This document shows, in pieces, positions 47,901-59,900 of a stretch of DNA of 64,000 nt. Below the pieces are notes generated by a model. The model was given only the letters and a program-made list of their open reading frames with translations, was not told the origin of the DNA and ran no database searches. The translations under genes were made by a program, and so were the position numbers. The stretch's first letter is position 1. Each line of letters opens with the position of its first letter. The stretch comes from Squalus acanthias (lineage: Eukaryota). The stretch is taken from contig JASTWF010000035.1 of NCBI GenBank assembly GCA_030390025.1, positions 1,922,001 to 1,986,000 of the forward strand, read 5' to 3'.

Positions 47901-50900
47901 TTTAAACAGAGCGAGCAGAGAGCCAGAGGGGCAGAGTACTTTAAACAGAGGGGAGTGGAGAGCCAGAGTGACAGAGTACTTTAAACAGAGCGAGCAGAGA
48001 GCGAGAGCGACAGAGTACTTTAAACAGAGGGGGAGCGGAGAGCCAGAGTGGCAGAGTACTTTAAACAGAGGGGGAGCGGAGAGCCAGAGTGGCAGAGTAC
48101 TTTAAACAGAGCGAGAGCAGAGAGCCAGAGAACAGAGTACTTTAAACAGAGCGAGCAGAGAGCCAGAGTGACAGAGTACTTTAAACAGAGCAAGAGCAGA
48201 GAGCCAGAGTGGCACCGTACTTTAAACAGAGCGAGAGCAGAGAGCCAGAGTGGCACCGTACTTTAAACAGAGCGAGAGCAGAGAGCCAGAGTGACTGAGT
48301 ACTTTAAACAGAGCGAGAGCAGAGAGCCAGAGGGGCAGAGTACTTTAAACAGAGCGGGAGAGGAGAGCCAGAGTGACAGAGTACTTTAAACAGAGCAGGA
48401 GCAGAGAGCCAGAGTGACAGAGTACTTTAACCAGAGCGAGAGCAGAGAGCCAGAGTGGCAGAGTACTTTAAACAGAGGGGGAGCAAAGAGCCAGAGTGAC
48501 AGAGTACTTTAAACAGAGCGAGCAGAGAGCCAGAGGGGCAGAGTACTTTAAACAGAGGGGGAGCGGAGAGCCAGAGTGACAGAGTACTTTAAACAGAGCG
48601 AGCAGAGAGCCAGAGTGACAGAGTACTTTAAACAGAGCGAGCAGAGAGCCAGAGCGACAGAGTACTTTAAACAGAGTGAGAGCGGAGAGCCAGAGGGGCA
48701 GAGTACTTTAAACAGAGCGGGAGAGGAGAGCCAGAGTGACACAGTACTTTAAACAGAGCGAGAGCAGAGAGCCAGAGTGACAGAGTACTTTAAACAGAGC
48801 GGGAGCAGAGAGCCAGAGTGACAGAGTACTGTAAACAGAGCGGGAGCAGAGAGCCAGAGGGGCAGAGTACTTTAAACAGAGGGGGAGTGGAGAGCCAGAG
48901 TGACAGAGTACTTTAAACAGAGCGAGCAGAGAGCGAGAGCGACAGAGTACTTTAAACAGAGGGGGAGCGGAGAGCCAGAGTGGCAGAGTACTTTAAACAG
49001 AGGGGGAGCGGAGAGCCAGAGTGGCAGAGTACTTTAAACAGAGCGAGAGCAGAGAGCCAGAGTGACAGAGTACTTTAAACAGAGCGAGCAGAGAGCCAGA
49101 GTGACAGAGTACTTTAAACAGAGCAAGAGCAGAGAGCCAGAGTGGCACCGTACTTTAAACAGAGCGAGAGCAGAGAGCCAGAGTGGCACCGTACTTTAAA
49201 CAGAGCGAGAGCAGAGAGCCAGAGTGACAGAGTACTTTAAACAGAGCGAGCAGAGAGCCAGAGTGGCAGAGTACTTTAAACAGAGCGGGAGTGGAGAGCC
49301 AGAGGGGCAGAGTACTTTAAACAGAGCGAGAGCAGAGAGCCAGAGTGACAGAGTACTTTAAACAGAGGGAGCAGAGAGCCAGAGTGACAGAGTACTTTAA
49401 ACAGAGCGAGAGCAGGGAGCCAGAGCGACAGAGTACTGTAAACAGAGCGGGAGCAGAGAGCCAGAGTGACAGAGTACTTTAAACAGAGCGGGAGAGGAGA
49501 GCCAGAGTGGCAGAGTACTTTAAACAGAGCGATAGCGGAGGGCCAGAGTGACAGAGTACTTTAAACAGAGCGAGCAGAGAGCCAGAGGGGCAGAGTACTT
49601 TAAACAGAGCGGGAGCAAAGAGCCAGAGTGGCAGAGTACTTTAAACAGAGCGAGCAGAGAGCCAGAGTGACAGAGTACTTTAAACAGAGCGAGAGCAGAG
49701 AGCCAGAGTGGCAGAGTGCTTTAAACAGAGCGAGCAGAGAGCCAGAGTGACAGAGTACTTTAAACAGAGCGAGAGCGGAGAGCCAGAGTGACAGAGTACT
49801 TTAAACAGAGCGAGAGCAGAGAGCCAGAGTGACAGAGTACTTTAAACAGAGCGAGAGCAGAGAGCCAGAGTGACAGAGTACTTTAAACAGAGGAGGAGCG
49901 GAGAGCCAGAGCGACAGAGTACTTTAAACAGAGCGAGAGCGGAGAGCCAGAGTGACAGAGTACTTTAAACAGAGCGGGAGCAGAGAGCCAGAGTGACAGA
50001 GTACTTTAAACAGAGCGGGAGCGGAGAGCCAGAGTGACAGAGTACTTTAAACAGAGCGAGCAGAGAGCCAGAGTGGCAGAGTACTTTAAACAGAGCGAGA
50101 GCGGAGAGCCAGAGTGACAGAGTACTTTAAACAGAGCGGGAGCGGAGAGCCAGAGTGACAGAGTACTTTAAACAGAGCGAGAGCAGAGAGCCAGAGTGGC
50201 AGAGTACTTTAAACAGAGCGAGCAGAGAGCCAGAGTGACAGAGTACTTTAAACAGAGCGAGAGCAGAGAGCCAGAGTGACAGAGTACTTTAAACAGAGCG
50301 AGCAGAGAGCGAGAGCGACAGAGTACTTTAAACAGAGCGATAGCGGAGGGCCAGAGTGACAGAGTACTTTAAACAGAGGGGGAGCAGAGAGCCAGAGTGA
50401 CAGAGTACTTTAAACAGAGGGGGAGCAGAGAGCCAGAGTGACAGAGTACTTTAAACAGAGGGGGAGCAGAGAGCCAGAGTGACAGAGTACTTTAAACAGA
50501 GCGATAGCGGAGGGCCAGAGTGACAGAGTGCTTTAAACAGAGCGAGCAGAGAGCCAGAGTGGCAGAGTACTTTAAACAGAGGGGGAGCGGAGAGCCAGAG
50601 TGACAGAGTACTTTAAACAGAGCGGGAGCAGAGAGCCAGAGTGACAGAGAACTTTAAACAGAGCGAGCAGAGAGCCAGAGTGACAGAGTACTTTAAACAG
50701 AGCGAGCAGAGAGCCAGAGTGGCAGAGTACTTTAAACAGAGGGGGAGTGGAGAGCCAGAGTGACAGAGTACTTTAAACAGAGCGAGCAGGGAGCCAGAGG
50801 GGCAGAGTACTTTAAACAGAGGGGGAGTGGAGAGCCAGAGTGACAGAGTACTTTAAACAGAGCGAGCAGAGAGCGAGAGCGACAGAGTACTTTAAACAGA

Positions 50901-53900
50901 GGGGGAGCGGAGAGCCAGAGTGGCAGAGTACTTTAAACAGAGCGAGAGCAGAGAGCCAGAGTGACAGAGTACTTTAAACAGAGCGAGAGGAGAGAGCCAG
51001 AGTGGACAGAGTACTTTAAACAGAGCGAGAGCAGAGAGCCAGAGTGACAGAGTACTTTAAACAGAGCAGGAGCGGAGCCAGAGTGACAGAGTACTTTAAA
51101 CAGAGCGAGCAGAGAGCCAGAGTGGCAGAATACTTTAAACAGAGCGGGAGTGGAGAGCCAGAGGGGCAGAGTACTTTAAACAGAGCGAGAGCAGAGAGCC
51201 AGAGTGACAGAGTACTTTAAACAGAGGGAGCAGAGAGCCAGAGTGACAGAGTACTTTAAACAGAGCGAGAGCAGGGAGCCAGAGCGACAGAGTACTTTAA
51301 ACAGAGCGGGAGTGGAGAGCCAGAGTGACAGAGTACTGTAAACAGAGCGGGAGCAGAGAGCCAGAGTGACAGAGTACTTTAAACAGAGCGGGAGCGGAGA
51401 GCCAGAGTGGCAGAGTAATTTAAACAGAGCGATAGCGGAGGGCCAGAGTGACAGACTACTTTAAACAGAGCGAGCAGAGAGCCAGAGGGGCAGAGTAATT
51501 TAAACAGAGCGGGAGCAAAGAGCCAGAGTGGCAGAGTACTTTAAACAGAGTGGGAGCAGAGAGCCAGAGTGACAGAGCACTATAAACAGAGCGAGAGCAG
51601 AGAGCCAGAGCGACAGAGCACTTTAAACAGAGCGAGAGCAGAGAGCCAGAGTGACAGACTACTTTAAACAGAGGGGGAGTGGAGAGCCAGAGTGACAGAG
51701 TACTTTAAACAGAGCGAGAGCAGAGAGCCAGAGTGACAGAGTACTTTAAACAGAGGGGGAGTGGAGAGCCAGAGTGACAGAGTACTTTAAACAGAGTGGG
51801 AGCAGAGAGCCAGAGTGACAGAGCACTTTAAACAGAGCGAGAGCAGAGAGCCAGAGTACTTTAAACAGAGCGGGAGCGGAGAGCCAGACCGGCAGAGTAC
51901 TTTAAACAGAGCGAGCAGAGAGCCAGAGTGGCAGAGTACTTTAAACAGAGTGGGAGTGAAGAGCCAGAGTGACAGAGAGCTTTAAACAGAGCAGGAGCGG
52001 AGCCAGAGTGGCAGAGTACTTTAAACAGAGCGGGAGCAAAGAACCAGAGTGACAGAGTACTTTAAACAGAGCGAGTAGAGAGCCAGAGTGGCAGAGTACT
52101 TTAAACAGAGCAGGAGCAGAGAGCCAGAGTGACAGAGTACTTTAAACAGAGCGGGAGCAAAGAGCCAGAGGGGCAGAGTACTTTAAACAGAGCGGGAGTG
52201 GAGCCAGAGTGACAGAGTACTTTAAACAGAGCGAGCAGAGAGCCAGAGTGACAGAGTACTTTAAACAGAGCGGGAGTGGAGCCAGAGTGACAGAGTACTT
52301 TAAACAGAGCGAGCAGAGAGCCAGAGTGACAGAGTACTTTAAACAGAGCGGGAGTGGAGCCAGAGTGACAGAGTACTTTAAACAGAGCGAGCAGAGAGCC
52401 AGAGTGACAGAGTACTTTAAACAGAGCGGGAGTGGAGAGCCAGAGTGGCAGAGTACTTTAAACAGAGCGAGAGCGGAGAGCCAGAGCGACAGAGTACTTT
52501 AAACAGAGCGGGAGTGGAGAGCCAGGGGGGCAGAGAACTTTAAACAGAGCGGGGGCGGAGAGCCAGAGTGACAGAGTACTTTAAACAGAGCAGGAGCGGA
52601 GCCAGAGTGACAGAGTACTTTAAACAGAGCGAGAGCAGCGTGCCAGAGCGACAGAGTACTTTAAACAGAGCGGGAGCGGAGAGCCAGAGTGACAGAGTAC
52701 TTTAAACAGAGCGAGAGCAGAGTGCCAGAGCGACAGAGTACTTTAAACAGAGCGGGAGCAGAGAGCCAGAGCGACAGAGTACTTTAAACAGAGCGATAGC
52801 GGAGGGCCAGAGTGACAGAGTACTTTAAACAGAGGGGGAGCAGAGAGCCAGAGTGACAGAGTACTTTAAACAGAGGGGAGCAGAGAGCCAGAGTGACAGA
52901 GTACTTTAAACAGAGGGGAGCAGAGAGCCAGAGTGACAGAGTACTTTAAACAGAGCGATAGCGGAGGGCCAGAGTGACAGAGTGCTTTAAACAGAGCGAG
53001 CAGAGAGCCAGAGTGGAGAGTACTTTAAACAGAGGGGAGCGGAGAGCCAGAGTGACAGAGTACTTTAAACAGAGCGGGAGCAGAGAGCCAGAGTGACAGA
53101 GAACTTTAAACAGAGCGAGCAGAGAGCCAGAGTGACAGAGTACTTTAAACAGAGCGAGCAGAGAGCCAGAGTGGCAGAGTACTTTAAACAGAGGGGGAGT
53201 GGAGAGCCAGAGTGACAGAGTACTTTAAACAGAGCGAGCAGGGAGCCAGAGGGGCAGAGTACTTTAAACAGAGGGGGAGTGGAGAGCCAGAGTGACAGAG
53301 TACTTTAAACAGAGCGAGCAGAGAGCGAGAGCGACAGAGTACTTTAAACAGAGGGGGAGCGGAGAGCCGGAGTGGCAGAGTACTTTAAACAGAGCGAGAG
53401 CAGAGAGCCAGAGTGACAGAGTACTTTAAACAGAGCGAGAGGAGAGAGCCAGAGTGGCACCGTACTTTAAACAGAGCGAGAGCAGAGAGCCAGAGTGACA
53501 GAGTACTTTAAACAGAGCAGGAGCGGAGCCAGAGTGACAGAGTACTTTAAACAGAGCGAGCAGAGAGCCAGAGTGGCAGAATACTTTAAACAGAGCGGGA
53601 GTGGAGAGCCAGAGGGGCAGAGTACTTTAAACAGAGCGAGAGCAGAGAGCCAGAGTGACAGAGTACTTTAAACAGAGGGAGCAGAGAGCCAGAGTGACAG
53701 AGTACTTTAAACAGAGCGAGAGCAGGGAGCCAGAGCGACAGAGTACTTTAAACAGAGCGGGAGTGGAGAGCCAGAGTGACAGAGTACTGTAAACAGAGCG
53801 GGAGCAGAGAGCCAGAGTGACAGAGTACTTTAAACAGAGCGGGAGCGGAGAGCCAGAGTGGCAGAGTAATTTAAACAGAGCGATAGCGGAGGGCCAGAGT

Positions 53901-56900
53901 GACAGACTACTTTAAACAGAGCGAGCAGAGAGCCAGAGGGGCAGAGTAATTTAAACAGAGCGGGAGCAAAGAGCCAGAGTGGCAGAGTACTTTAAACAGA
54001 GTGGGAGCAGAGAGCCAGAGTGACAGAGCACTATAAACAGAGCGAGAGCAGAGAGCCAGAGCGACAGAGCACTTTAAACAGAGCGAGAGCAGAGAGCCAG
54101 AGTGACAGACTACTTTAAACAGAGGGGGAGTGGAGAGCCAGAGTGACAGAGTACTTTAAACAGAGCGAGAGCAGAGAGCCAGAGTGACAGAGTACTTTAA
54201 ACAGAGGGGGAGTGGAGAGCCAGAGTGACAGAGTACTTTAAACAGAGTGGGAGCAGAGAGCCAGAGTGACAGAGCACTTTAAACAGAGCGAGAGCAGAGA
54301 GCCAGAGTACTTTAAACAGAGCGGGAGCGGAGAGCCAGACCGGCAGAGTACTTTAAACAGAGCGAGCAGAGAGCCAGAGTGGCAGAGTACTTTAAACAGA
54401 GTGGGAGTGAAGAGCCAGAGTGACAGAGAGCTTTAAACAGAGCAGGAGCGGAGCCAGAGTGGCAGAGTACTTTAAACAGAGCGGGAGCAAAGAACCAGAG
54501 TGACAGAGTACTTTAAACAGAGCGAGTAGAGAGCCAGAGTGGCAGAGTACTTTAAACAGAGCAGGAGCAGAGAGCCAGAGTGACAGAGTACTTTAAACAG
54601 AGCGGGAGCAAAGAGCCAGAGGGGCAGAGTACTTTAAACAGAGCGGGAGTGGAGCCAGAGTGACAGAGTACTTTAAACAGAGCGAGCAGAGAGCCAGAGT
54701 GACAGAGTACTTTAAACAGAGCGGGAGTGGAGAGCCAGAGTGGCAGAGTACTTTAAACAGAGCGAGAGCGGAGAGCCAGAGCGACAGAGTACTTTAAACA
54801 GAGCGGGAGTGGAGAGCCAGGGGGGCAGAGAACTTTAAACAGAGCGGGGGCGGAGAGCCAGAGTGACAGAGTACTTTAAACAGAGCAGGAGCGGAGCCAG
54901 AGTGACAGAGTACTTTAAACAGAGCGAGAGCAGCGTGCCAGAGCGACAGAGTACTTTAAACAGAGCGGGAGCGGAGAGCCAGAGTGACAGAGTACTTTAA
55001 ACAGAGCGAGAGCAGAGTGCCAGAGCGACAGAGTACTTTAAACAGAGCGGGAGCAGAGAGCCAGAGCGACAGAGTACTTTAAACAGAGCGGGAGCGGAGA
55101 GCCAGAGTGACAGAGTACTTTAAACAGAGTCGGAGCGGAGAGCCAGAGTGACAGAGTACTTTTCACAGAGCGGGAGTGGAGAGCCAGAGTGACAGAGTAC
55201 ATTAAACAGAGCGGGAGCGGCGAGCCAGAGTGACAGAGTACTTTAAACAGAGCGGGTGCGGAGAGCCAGAGTGACAGAGTACTTTAAACAGAGCGGGTGC
55301 GGAGAGCCAGAGTGACAGAGTACTTTAAACAGAGCAGGAGTGGAGAGGCAGAGTGACAGAGTACATTAAACAGAGCGAGAGCGGAGAGCCAGAGTGACAG
55401 AGTACTTTAAACAGAGCGAGCAGAGAGCCAGAGTGACTGAGTACTTTAAACAGAGCGAGAGCAGAGAGCCAGAGGGGCAGAGTACTTTAAACAGAGCGGG
55501 AGAGGAGAGCCAGAGTGACAGAGTACTTTAAACAGAGCAGGAGCAGAGAGCCAGAGTGACAGAGTACGTTAAACAGAGCGAGAGCAGAGAGCCAGAGTGG
55601 CAGAGTACTTTAAACAGAGCGGGAGCAAAGAGCCAGAGTGGCAGAGTACTTTAAACAGAGCGAGCAGAGAGCCAGAGGGGCAGAGTACTTTAAACAGAGG
55701 GGGAGCGGAGAGCCAGAGTGACAGAGTACTTTAAACAGAGCGAGCAGAGAGCCAGAGCGACAGAGTACTTTAAACAGAGTGAGAGCGGAGAGCCAGAGGG
55801 GCAGAGTACTTTAAACAGAGCGGGAGAGGAGAGCCAGAGTGACACAGTACTTTAAACAGAGCGAGAGCAGAGAGCCAGAGTTGCAGAGTACTTTAAACAG
55901 AGCGAGCAGAGAGCCAGAGGGGCAGAGTACTTTAAACAGAGGGGGAGTGGAGAGCCAGAGTGACAGAGTACTTTAAACAGAGCGAGCAGAGAGCGAGAGC
56001 GACAGAGTACTTTAAACAGAGGGGGAGCGGAGAGCCAGAGTGGCAGAGTACTTTAAACAGAGGGGGAGCGGAGAGCCAGAGTGGCAGAGTACTTTAAACA
56101 GAGCGAGAGCAGAGAGCCAGAGTACAGAGTACTTTAAACAGAGCGAGCAGAGAGCCAGAGTGACAGTGTACTTTAAACAGAGCAAGAGCAGAGAGCCAGA
56201 GTGGCACCGTACTTTAAACAGAGCGAGAGCAGAGAGCCAGAGGGGCAGAGTACTTTAAACAGAGCGGGAGAGGAGAGCCAGAGTGACAGAGTACTTTAAA
56301 CAGAGCAGGAGCAGAGAGCCAGAGTGACAGAGTACTTTAAACAGAGCGAGAGCAGAGAGCCAGAGTGGCAGAGTACTTTAAACAGAGCGAGCAGAGAGCC
56401 AGAGGGGCAGAGTACTTTAAACAGAGGGGGAGCGGAGAGCCAGAGTGACAGAGTACTTTAAACAGAGCGAGAGCAGAGAGCCAGAGTGACAGAGTACTTT
56501 AAACAGAGCGAGCAGAGAGCCAGAGGGGCAGAGTACTTTAAACAGAGCGGGAGAGGAGAGCCAGAGTGACACAGTACTTTAAACAGAGCGAGAGCAGAGA
56601 GCCAGAGTTGCAGAGTACTTTAAACAGAGCGAGAGCAGAGAGCCAGAGGGGCAGAGTACTTTAAACAGAGCGGGAGAGGAGAGCCAGAGTGACACAGTAC
56701 TTTAAACAGAGCGAGAGCAGAGAGCCAGAGTTGCAGAGTACTTTAAACAGAGCGAGCAGAGAGCCAGAGGGGCAGAGTACTTTAAACAGAGGGGGAGTGG
56801 AGAGCCAGAGTGACAGAGTACTTTAAACAGAGCGAGCAGAGAGCGAGAGCGACAGAGTACTTTAAACAGAGGGGGAGCGGAGAGCCAGAGTGGCAGAGTA

Positions 56901-59900
56901 CTTTAAACAGAGCGGGAGCGGAGAGCCAGAGTGGCAGAGTACTTTAAACAGAGCGAGAGCAGAGAGCCAGAGTGACAGAGTACTTTAAACAGAGCGAGCA
57001 GAGAGCCAGAGTGACAGAGTACTTTAAACAGAGCAAGAGCAGAGAGCCAGAGTGGCACAGTACTTTAAACAGAGCGAGAGCAGAGAGCCAGAGTGGCACA
57101 GTACTTTAAACAGAGCGAGAGCAGAGAGCCAGAGTGACAGAGTACTTTAAACAGAGCGAGCAGAGAGCCAGAGTGGCAGAGTACTTTAAACAGAGGGGGA
57201 GTGGAGAGCCAGAGTGACAGAGTACTTTAAACAGAGCGAGCAGGGAGCCAGAGGGGCAGAGTACTTTAAACAGAGGGGGAGTGGAGAGCCAGAGTGACAG
57301 AGTACTTTAAACAGAGCGAGCAGAGAGCGAGAGCGACAGAGTACTTTAAACAGAGGGGGAGCGGAGAGCCAGAGTGGCAGAGTACTTTAAACAGAGGGGG
57401 AGCAAAGAGCCAGAGTGACAGAGTACTTCAAACAGAGCGAGCAGAGAGCCAGAGTGGCAGAGTACTTTAAACAGAGGGGGAGCAGAGAGCCAGAGTGACA
57501 GAGTACTTTAAACAGAGCGAGCAGAGAGCCAGAGTGACAGAGTACTTTAAACAGAGCAGGAGCGGAGCCAGAGTGGCAGAGTACTTTAAACAGAGCGGGA
57601 GCAGAGAGCCAGAGTGACAGAGTACTTTAAACAGAGCGAGCAGAGAGCCAGAGTGACAGAGTACTTTAAACAGAGGGGGAGCGGAGAGCCAGAGTGGCAG
57701 AGTACTTTAAACAGAGCGGGAGCAGAGAGCCAGAGTGACAGAGAACTTTAAACAGAGCGAGCAGAGAGCCAGAGTGACAGAGTACTTTAAACAGAGCGAG
57801 CAGAGAGCCAGAGTGGCAGAGTACTTTAAACAGAGCGAGCAGAGAGCCAGAGTGACAGAGTACTTTAAACAGAGCGAGAGCAGAGAGCCAGAGTGACAGA
57901 GTACTTTAAACAGAGCGGGAGTGGAGAGCCAGAGTGACAGAGTACTTTAAACAGAGCGAGCAGAGAGCCAGAGCGACAGAGTACTTTAAACAGAGGGGGA
58001 GCGGAGAGCCAGAGTGACAGAGTACTTTAAACAGAGCGAGCAGAGAGCCAGAGTGGCAGAGTACTTTAAACAGAGGGGGAGTGGAGAGCCAGAGTGACAG
58101 AGTACTTTAAACAGAGCGAGCAGAGAGCGAGAGCGACAGAGTACTTTAAACAGAGCGGGAGCGGAGAGCCAGAGTGGCAGAGTACTTTAAACAGAGCGGG
58201 AGCGGAGAGCCAGAGTGGCAGAGTACTTTAAACAGAGCGAGAGCAGAGAGCCAGAGTGACAGAGTACTTTAAACAGAGCGAGCAGAGAGCCAGAGTGACA
58301 GAGTACTTTAAACAGAGCGAGAGCAGAGAGCCAGAGTGACAGAGTACTTTAAACAGAGCGAGAGCAGAGAGCCAGAGTGACAGAGTACTTTAAACAGAGC
58401 GGAGCGAGAGCCAGAGTGACAGAGTACTTTAAACAGAGCGGAGCAGAGAGCCAGAGTGGCAGAGTACTTTAAACAGAGCGGGAGCGGAGAGCCAGAGGGG
58501 CAGAGTACTTTAAACAGAGCGAGAGCAGAGAGCCAGAGTGACAGAGTACTTTAAACAGAGCGGGAGAGGAGAGCCAGAGTGACAGAGTACTTTAAACAGA
58601 GCGAGCAGAGAGCCAGAGTGGCAGAGTACTTTAAACAGAGCGAGAGCGGAGAGCCAGAGTGACAGAGTACTTTAAACAGAGCGGGAGCGGAGAGCCAGAG
58701 TGACAGAGTACTTTAAACAGAGCGAGAGCAGAGAGCCAGAGTGGCAGAGTACTTTAAACAGAGCGAGCAGAGAGCCAGAGTGACAGAGTACTTTAAACAG
58801 AGCGAGAGCAGAGAGCCAGAGTGACAGAGTACTTTAAACAGAGCGGGAGCAGAGAGCCAGAGTGGCAGAGTACTTTAAACAGAGCGGGTGCGGAGAGCCA
58901 GAGTGACAGAGTACTTTAAACAGAGTGGGTGCGGAGAGCCAGAGTGGCAGAGTACTTTAAACAGAGCGGGTGCGGAGAGACAGAGTGGCAGAGTACTTTA
59001 AACAGAGCGAGAGCGGAGAGCCAGAGTGACAGAGTACTTTAAACAGAGCGAGCAGAGAGCGAGAGCGACAGAGTAATTTAAACAGAGCGATAGCGGAGGG
59101 CCAGAGTGACAGAGTACTTTAAACAGAGCGAGCAGAGAGCCAGAGTGGCAGAGTACTTTAAACAGAGGGGGAGCAAAGAGCCAGAGTGACAGAGTACTTT
59201 AAACAGAGCGAGCAGAGAGCCAGAGTGGCAGAGTACTTTAAACAGAGGGGGAGCAGAGAGCCAGAGTGACAGAGTACTTTAAACAGAGCGATAGCGGTGG
59301 GCCAGAGTGACAGAGTACTTTAAACAGAGCGAGCAGAGAGCCAGAGTGGCAGAGTACTTTAAACAGAGCGGGAGCAAGAGCCATAGTGACAGAGTACTTT
59401 AAACAGAGCGAGCAGAGAGCCAGAGTGGCAGAGTACTTTAAACAGAGCGGGAGCAAGAGCCAGAGTGACAGAGTACTTCAAACAGAGCGAGCAGAGAGCC
59501 AGAGTGGCAGAGTACTTTAAACAGAGGGGGAGCAGAGAGCCAGAGTGACAGAGTACTTTAAACAGAGCGAGCAGAGAGCCAGAGTGACAGAGTACTTTAA
59601 ACAGAGCGGGAGCAGAGAGCCAGAGTGACAGAGTACTTTAAACAGAGCGAGCAGAGAGCCAGAGTGACAGAGTACTTTAAAAAGAGGGGGAGCGGAGAGC
59701 CAGAGTGGCAGAGTACTTTAAACAGAGCGGGAGCAGAGAGCCAGAGTGACAGAGTACTTTAAACAGAGCGAGCAGAGAGCCAGAGTGACAGAGTACTTTA
59801 AACAGAGCGAGCAGAGAGCCAGAGTGGCAGAGTACTTTAAACAGAGCGAGCAGAGAGCCAGAGTGACAGAGTACTTTAAACAGAGCGAGAGCAGAGAGCC

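Noticed and set aside
37004..59456. ORFs such as MTEYFKQSEQRARV... and MPLWLSALALFKV...
   Set aside because: They are chance read-throughs of 39-bp satellite units, with no splice or domain evidence.
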